Assembly (NCBI RefSeq): GCF_000315625.1
Contig: NW_005434423.1
Span: 1-34,974 of the forward strand
Direction: 5' to 3'
Origin: Guillardia theta CCMP2712
Taxonomy: Eukaryota > Protista > Cryptophyta
Length of the DNA stretch: 34,974 nt
The position numbers and the translations under genes are program-made. Of the stretch, positions 30,101 through 34,974 are shown in pieces. The notes beneath the pieces are model-generated. The model was not told the DNA's origin, did no database searches, and was given only the letters and a program-made list of their open reading frames with translations. The stretch's first letter is position 1; the number at the start of each line of letters is the position of its first letter.

Positions 30101-32015
30101 GGCAGGGGAAGCAGGATGTGTATCGATTCTGAGCCGGTGTATACGTCCCTAGAGGGCACTGGCTGCAGGCGCTGTTGGAGCAGCTGCTCCGGAAGCTCCC
30201 CGCAGGGCAGAACTCCCAATCCGTGCACTTTCCTGGGAGGGACTCTGTGAAGAACTTCAAAGCCTTGTACTGGCACACCCCCGGGCTCAGCTCCTCACAG
30301 TGCCGGAGCTCGTCCCCCTGGGTGCACTGCGTGTAGTCGCACGCCCCACATACTCTCGCTTGCCCCGACCCACAGAGCGTATGCATGTACTGGTTCGCCG
30401 GGCACATCGAGCAAGGCTGGCAGAAACCGGCCGAGCCGCCGGTGCACCCCACGCGGTTGGAGTTGCTCGGGCAGTCGCCGCAGTCCGCACAGGAACCGGG
30501 CGACGATCCGCCGCAAGCCATCGAGATGAACTTGCCCTCGGCGCAGGAGAGCACGCCGCTGCACGATTCGCAGAAGGTCTGCCCAGTCAACTGCTGGTAC
30601 GTCCCGGAGGCGCAGGGGCTGCACTCCGTCGCCCCCGTCAGCGTCGTGTACTTGCCCGCGGGGCACGCCACGCACGGGGCCATGTCGCCGCCATCCAAGG
30701 CGAAGTAGCCCGGAAGGCAGCGGCAGGCGCTGATGTCGTTGATGTACTGCGAGTTGTTCAGGCACGCCATGCAGAACCCAGGGCTCAGTCCGCCGCATCC
30801 CAGCAGGAACTTTCCCCCGCAACCCGTCAGCTCGCCGGTTGGGCTCAGGCCCGTGCACCCCACGACGGGCTCGTCCACCTTGCAGTTGTCCACGCAGTCC
30901 GTGCAGCTCCCAGTCGAGGTCCCGGAGCAGCCCGTCCTATACCGGCCGGCGCCGCAGTCCAGAACGCAGTTGGCGCAGCTCCCCGGGTTCAGGCCGCTGC
31001 AGCCCGCCAGGTACTGCCCGTTCCCGCACCACCACGTCGGGCAGTCCACGCAGCTCCCCGTGCTCAGGCCCGAGCACCCCAGGCGGTACTTACCCGAGCC
31101 GCACGCCGAGAGCGTCGAGCACGCGGTGCAGCTTCCCCCGCTCGACCCCCCGCAACTCGTGACATACTGCCCATCCAAGCAAGACACACCAGGGCATTTC
31201 AAGCAATAGGATTGACCAGTGTTAGGCTGGTAGGTCCCCGAGGGGCAGCTCCTGCAGACCGTGGCACCCAGGCCTGGCGCATAGGTACCCGCCCCGCAAG
31301 CTGTGCAGGGCGCAAATCCGGCCAGGCCGTAGGTCGTCGGTGGATACTGTATGTCCACGGCATAGTTGGTATACGAGGATATCGCGCTTGCAGCATCAAA
31401 AGAGCTCCGATATCCCCTGTCGCATATGCAGTTGAACTGTCCCGCCTCCCACCCGAAATACAACACAGCATCGAAGCCAAGGGTGCTGAAGGTTCTGGTT
31501 GACCCTGTCGGGCATGACGTGCAAGTGGCATCGACGTTGCGAACATTTGAACAATCGTAGGCCTGCTGCGGTGAGCACGAGTAGTAGGACCTCTCCGGAC
31601 ATGATTCACAGAGGACAGTGGAGGATGTGCAGAGCAAAGGGATTTTAGACTCAATCAAGAAGCCCTGCTTGTCGTAAGACAACCACATGACACCCGGGCC
31701 CAGATCGGCACACGCGGTTCTGCAGTTGGCAGCCGTGGGGTTGAAGTTATTGACCAGTGTCCATTCCTTGCAACGCACCACCTTGTGGTTGTTCTGGTCC
31801 ACCGCATCGGTCCAGGACGATTGCATCAACCTACGCGACGTTGCAACCTCAAAGTTGTTGAACTGCAGCTTTTCACATACTGTGCAGGTGCCGTACGTCA
31901 GCGAGCAGTCGCTTGCCGTGGTAGACACCCATTGTGTTCGTAAGGCAGGCTGTATTACAAATTGAGAAACGCCCAACCCCGGCCAGAAAACCAGCAAAAC
32001 CAACCACCCCCACAT
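27129..32015 (-). CDS. Secreted Cys-rich repeat protein (1628 aa) with PA14/GLEYA-like domain
   Basis: Start reassigned to ATG 32015 (MWGWLVLLVFWPGLGVS), with CATTTAA at 32051-32045. RRLM motif; many CxxCxxGxYRxGCxGxSxGxC repeats; FSVEYKGY..FYTNSDDESYLWI..YYPIRIQF (PA14, ~28560-28970). Confidence 0.9.
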   Translation of the reverse strand: MWGWLVLLVFWPGLGVSQFVIQPALRTQWVSTTASDCSLTYGTCTVCEKLQFNNFEVATSRRLMQSSWTDAVDQNNHKVVRCKEWTLVNNFNPTAANCRTACADLGPGVMWLSYDKQGFLIESKIPLLCTSSTVLCESCPERSYYSCSPQQAYDCSNVRNVDATCTSCPTGSTRTFSTLGFDAVLYFGWEAGQFNCICDRGYRSSFDAASAISSYTNYAVDIQYPPTTYGLAGFAPCTACGAGTYAPGLGATVCRSCPSGTYQPNTGQSYCLKCPGVSCLDGQYVTSCGGSSGGSCTACSTLSACGSGKYRLGCSGLSTGSCVDCPTWWCGNGQYLAGCSGLNPGSCANCVLDCGAGRYRTGCSGTSTGSCTDCVDNCKVDEPVVGCTGLSPTGELTGCGGKFLLGCGGLSPGFCMACLNNSQYINDISACRCLPGYFALDGGDMAPCVACPAGKYTTLTGATECSPCASGTYQQLTGQTFCESCSGVLSCAEGKFISMACGGSSPGSCADCGDCPSNSNRVGCTGGSAGFCQPCSMCPANQYMHTLCGSGQARVCGACDYTQCTQGDELRHCEELSPGVCQYKALKFFTESLPGKCTDWEFCPAGSFRSSCSNSACSQCPLGTYTPAQNRYTSCFPCPRGMHQPNVGRTSCTACGAGSYQPTQGSSLCLTCSGPVSNSYTSAICCPGYEWTWTSGSNPVTGTCTQCPGGKYSDTTNEVCLDCPPNSYSAAGSTVCTSCTAEQIVVGTSCVASCVQGFTYNRYSVSGTCTAGSFCTSSNYVDLTAYGTTALSCVSMHANQLDFFNAGLYKVSSNNVFRWVEEGSCMKAFTSFCVDLSLESQTLAQNLNGVMLYACQCRPGYYAAYEPGGSVVPSACLKYEVSSSMYYCKPCPTGSFSLSGDFACRTCPQGQRFNDSSQTCVACPPGMFSRYNTEHNYYWCEDCPTGTFASSVTQTFCSDCPAGNYLTSPGVCQQCPAGTYQAVPRQSFCYPCPSGTTSSEGSACCEGYYFKLSGVSYGLAWNKWTGSYGTYSGTVVDSGVHTEILNLWTTGDLFSVEYKGYLYTGSYGGRYDFYTNSDDESYLWIKSDGEYVMVVNNGGVHAAQSSYGHIYLHAKTYYPIRIQFSENYGGSTLSVYYSVPSASGWQSSGIPWYHPDDGVYGVENRVVLGSCDRCPPCAPDFYRSGCSDDSSGACVACPSNQCPSGQYLSGCRGSSIGECLPCGSCPSGTYRAGCTYTSPGTCESCDRCSPGQYANGCGGISAGVCTTCKSCPSGEYAAGCGGNQDGVCAPCTSCALFETRVGCGGASPGTCELCAECPAGQFRRDCQSACEACVECGVEEYRVGCGRFGPGTCQSCTSCPLGTYNQGCSTDSPGVCTVCAECSGTAIRTGCGGFSAGYCIPLEDIPVQCPGGLRYIDGVVSCEDCPPTSHTITDTDGSKRCSSVPEIDIVPPWNGSCVYICNSGTYSPEKSDRCIPCSDGQSSLTGSTSCAADLSGACLSPCPADTFSIGLSASCTPCPYGTFSPPGSTFCLACIPGKRKQFGDAGGCPDCGPGTYSDTFGAERCLQCEPGTYNDRAGLSTCYDCALLRRSRVNTSLPQGCACEPGFYDVDGECVPCVDGFYCEVLRA

Positions 32016-32118
32016 CTCACTCACCCAGGCAAAAACACAAGCGCTTAAATGAAGGCATTGGGATCCATGGACACAAAAAAGGAAAGAAAACACACAGTTT
32101 TATTACCACAAGGCTACG

Positions 32119-33267
32119 CTAAGTACACACGGCAGGGCAGTAGAACCCGGCGGGGCAGGCCTGGCAGCTGGTCAGGCTCGTCCGGTAGTAGCCCGGGTTG
32201 CAGGAGCACTGTGCAATGGACGTCGCGCCGGCGAAGGACGTCGAGCTGGAAGGGCAGGTCTTGCACATCACCCCGTCGTTGGAGTAGGTCGCCGCGGGGC
32301 AGGTGGAGCACTGCCCGTAGTAGACCTGCGTGCCGGGGTTGCAGTTGCTGCAGCCGGATAGAGCCTGCATCGGGTCGTAGTAGTCTGTGACGCCGTTGCC
32401 GTCCGAGTCCATCTTGTGCGCGGAGACGTGCCACTTCCGCGAGAGGTACAGCTCGATGGCCGCTGCCTGCACCGCAGAGAGAGCGATATCGAAGACGATG
32501 ATCTCTTGGATAAAACCAACGAAGTTGTACGCCGACGCCAGATCGTTGGCCGCGCCGATCACCGCGTAGCCCGTCGAGCCCGTGTCCCCCGCGGAGTGGC
32601 CCAGGCTCACAGAGGGGTTGCTAAAGCCGTTGACCCGCAGCTCCGTCACGTCCTGCACCCCGTTGTACGTCGCCGTCGAGGAGAGCACGATCCGGTCGTG
32701 GGTCACAACGGTATCCAGGAGCGGATTGGTGTTGTACGTCGTGTCTGTCGTCCCCGGGGTGAGGTCGTCGCGCAGGTAGAAGGCCTCCGTCTTGCTTTTG
32801 AAGCCAAGCGTCTGCACGGGCGTCCCACCCTGTAGAAGCCCGCTCACCACGTGACCCTGCGTGGCAGTGTCGGCCCCGGTCTTCTGAAGGACGGCAAAGA
32901 TCGTTGCAGTCTTCGCCTGAAAGGGGCTGGTGCCGGTGGTCTTGTACCCGCAGGACCCGTCGAAGCGCACCCCGACCCTGGGGAGCAGCTCGCACTGGGT
33001 GGTGTAGCGCGCGCCGTTGGAGGATGTGAGTGCCACGGCATCCCGCCCGTTGCCACTCAGGTCCTTCCACGTGGGAAGCGGGCGGTAGTCCAGAATTGTC
33101 TGGTTGATGTCCGACACGGTGTTGATCCCGGAGTTGAACGTCCCGTCCATGTTGGACGCGTCCAGCCAGAGCTGCAGGTTGCCCTCGTACCCGAGCAGGT
33201 CCCCGGCCCTCTCCGTCAGGTGCCCGACGTAATCAAGCAGCTTCGCCCCACCCCCTAGGCTCGAACC
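32119..33267 (-). CDS. LamG/ConA-like domain plus Cys repeats; probable C-terminal continuation of the giant gene in the +1 frame
   Basis: LQLWLDAS..WKDLSGNGRDA..FVGFIQEIIVFD..IELYLSRKW; no signal peptide or promoter box of its own; AATAAA at 32104-32099. Confidence 0.8.
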   Translation of the reverse strand, partial: GSSLGGGAKLLDYVGHLTERAGDLLGYEGNLQLWLDASNMDGTFNSGINTVSDINQTILDYRPLPTWKDLSGNGRDAVALTSSNGARYTTQCELLPRVGVRFDGSCGYKTTGTSPFQAKTATIFAVLQKTGADTATQGHVVSGLLQGGTPVQTLGFKSKTEAFYLRDDLTPGTTDTTYNTNPLLDTVVTHDRIVLSSTATYNGVQDVTELRVNGFSNPSVSLGHSAGDTGSTGYAVIGAANDLASAYNFVGFIQEIIVFDIALSAVQAAAIELYLSRKWHVSAHKMDSDGNGVTDYYDPMQALSGCSNCNPGTQVYYGQCSTCPAATYSNDGVMCKTCPSSSTSFAGATSIAQCSCNPGYYRTSLTSCQACPAGFYCPAVCT

Positions 33268-34974
33268 TCGGCGCGCAGAACGCCGGCAGGCAATAGTCGG
33301 TCGAAGTCGAGCCATTGACGGAGAAGGTCCCGGAAGGGCAGGCCGTGCAGCTGTCCAGCCGGAACCGCCGGATCCCGCTGTTGCCCTGGTCTGAAACGAG
33401 CCCCCACCTCCCGTCCCTTGTCACCGAAACCCCAAACGGGAGCGACAGCGTCGCGGAGTTCGGGTCGATGCTGTCCTCCCCACCCGCCACCCCGGTACCC
33501 ACCAGCGTCGAGACCGCCGTGGAGGAGAGGTCGATGATGCGGATCGTGTGGTCGCGGCTGTCCGCAACGAGGAGGGACTGCCCGGCAAAGTCCACCGCCA
33601 CCCCCGTAGGGTTGTAGAACTTCGCCGCTGCCCCATTGACATTGTCGACCAGGCCGTTCGTCCCATCCCCCGCTAGCACGCTCAGGGTGGGAGTCGGGGT
33701 AGTCCAGTCCGCCTGCTGGATCTGGTGGTCCGACTCGAAGGCGATGTACAGCTTTGGACCGAAGACATCCAATCCGAGCGGGTAGCCCGCCGTCTGGCTC
33801 GCAGATAGAGTCAAGACAAGGCTCACGGAGAGCGTCACCAGGTCGATCTTCCGCACATTATTCGTATCCACCACAATCAGCCAACCCATGTCGTCCGTGA
33901 TCGCAAGGCCGCGGGGAAGGTTGAAGAGGGTATCTCCCGCGTTGTTGTTGATAGTAGAGGTTGTAGCAGTAGTCGTGCAGGTGCCTGCAAAGACCACCAC
34001 CGCCGCCGTCGTCAGGTCAATACGTCGGATGCAGTTGTTGTTGTAGTCGGATACGTAGGCATATGACTCGGTCCAATCGAGAGTAACATCTACGGGTTTG
34101 TTGAATTGAGCAAGTACTCCAACCGCATCGTTATACCCGGCAGTCCCACTCCCTGCCAGCGTGCTCATGTAACCGCTGACAATATCCACCTTCCGTATCG
34201 CATGGTTCCCGCTGTCCGCAACAAGGCAGTACACTAGCCCGCACATCAGATTATAAGGAGTGTTCAACTTGGAAACGCCAGGGTACCCATCCGTGAAGCC
34301 AACCCCGTTTCTCCCCGCGATGGCCTCCACGTCCCATGCCGCTGAAACCCCACCAGTCCCATAGTCCCCAGCCCCGCAAATGCTGAGCTTCTGACAGTCG
34401 GAAACGCTCTGGGCACTCCACATCGGGGAAGTGTCCCCTTCAGGGCAAAGGCCATAGTCAGTCTCCGAGCCCCCAGCAAAGTAAAGCGCCGTCGGGTTCA
34501 TCGCAGGCACACAGAAGTCCTCGGAAGCACTGCCGGTTTTGGCGATTTGTGTCGAAGTATAGCCAACCTCCTTGACGCGGAGGATGATGATGCCAGAACC
34601 GCCATTGCATCCATTTGAACCAAAACGTCCACCCCCACCCCCACCTCCTGTCCCCGACATACCATCGGCGCATTCGAATTGAGCAGGGTTAGCACCAGCA
34701 CTAGTAGTATATCCTCCAATACCTCCACCCCCTCTCCCACCCAATCCATATGAATTGACACCACCCCCACTCCAAGAATGACCACCTCCCCCACCACCAA
34801 CCCATCCAGAATCTCCGAATGAAGTAAACCCAAATACACCAGACACATCAATTCCAATGCCGCCATCACCAGCCTTCGATCCACAAACACCTGTCTTTCC
34901 ATAACTTCCAGCCCCTCCACCACCACCATGAGCATGTGATGGAGCTACACCACATGCAATAACATCACCAGACC
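33233..34974 (-). CDS. Continuation of the giant Cys-rich gene (end of Gly-rich domain, NHL propeller); not an independent gene
   Basis: The peptide is identical to the end of ORF 734..7834 up to CQKLSIC, then reads through the gap-filling 99 nt in frame. Confidence 0.9.
   Translation of the reverse strand, partial: SGDVIACGVAPSHAHGGGGGAGSYGKTGVCGSKAGDGGIGIDVSGVFGFTSFGDSGWVGGGGGGHSWSGGGVNSYGLGGRGGGGIGGYTTSAGANPAQFECADGMSGTGGGGGGGRFGSNGCNGGSGIIILRVKEVGYTSTQIAKTGSASEDFCVPAMNPTALYFAGGSETDYGLCPEGDTSPMWSAQSVSDCQKLSICGAGDYGTGGVSAAWDVEAIAGRNGVGFTDGYPGVSKLNTPYNLMCGLVYCLVADSGNHAIRKVDIVSGYMSTLAGSGTAGYNDAVGVLAQFNKPVDVTLDWTESYAYVSDYNNNCIRRIDLTTAAVVVFAGTCTTTATTSTINNNAGDTLFNLPRGLAITDDMGWLIVVDTNNVRKIDLVTLSVSLVLTLSASQTAGYPLGLDVFGPKLYIAFESDHQIQQADWTTPTPTLSVLAGDGTNGLVDNVNGAAAKFYNPTGVAVDFAGQSLLVADSRDHTIRIIDLSSTAVSTLVGTGVAGGEDSIDPNSATLSLPFGVSVTRDGRWGLVSDQGNSGIRRFRLDSCTACPSGTFSVNGSTSTDYCLPAFCAPRFEPRGWGEAA
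33518..34974. repeat. Terminal direct repeat, copy 2
   Basis: Matches 1-1458. Confidence 0.97.

Noticed and set aside
14599-33258. Numerous overlapping 60-400 aa Arg/Pro/Ala-rich ORFs (e.g. 15162..16238, 23069..23926, 30300..31502)
   Set aside because: Alternative-frame or antisense shadows expected from high-GC3 coding DNA; no motifs or promoter boxes.
33233-34846. 537-aa ORF as a separate paralogous gene
   Set aside because: It is the same sequence as the window start, i.e. the continuation of the giant gene across the junction.
1-34974. Virophage, Polinton-like virus, bacteriophage or bacterial plasmid identity
   Set aside because: No pPolB, integrase, FtsK/A32 ATPase, jelly-roll capsid, Rep/Par genes or consistent Shine-Dalgarno pattern recognised; signals and domain content are eukaryotic.
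1-34974. tRNA/rRNA genes or a diversity-generating retroelement
   Set aside because: No cloverleaf or rRNA-like segment seen in the short intergenic gaps; no reverse transcriptase or adenine-specific template/variable repeat pair seen.

Overview
This window looks like the complete sequence of a ~33.5-kb circular (or head-to-tail repeated) eukaryotic-virus-like DNA. Bases 1-1458 recur at 33518-34974. The 100-N gap at 758-857 is filled by 99 real bases at 34275-34373, giving a unit length of 33,516 bp. About half of the circle is three tandem minus-strand genes for secreted Cys-rich repeat proteins, with lectin, LamG, NHL, PA14 and Gly-rich domains inserted into the repeats. The other half is a compact, apparently intronless set of about 14 genes: an R-STS-ExE ADP-ribosyltransferase, a permuted NlpC/P60 enzyme, degenerate RtcB-like, Tgs1-like and possibly CYTH-like folds, a CxxC/HxxxH protein, a coiled-coil scaffold-like protein, membrane proteins and orphans. 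Most genes have a TATTWAA-like or TATAAAA box about 30-45 nt before the ATG, and several are followed by AATAAA, which points to nuclear Pol II-type expression. The only long non-coding region (~11460-11965) is a nested inverted repeat with tandem TAACGGTT units around a ~120-bp TA/TATG core, resembling a replication origin. I recognise no DNA polymerase, helicase/Rep, integrase, major capsid protein or packaging ATPase. My best inference is a non-autonomous episome, i.e. a segment, satellite or defective subgenome of a large nuclear dsDNA virus of a protist (possibly mirusvirus-like). All family assignments are by eye from motifs; no searches were run.
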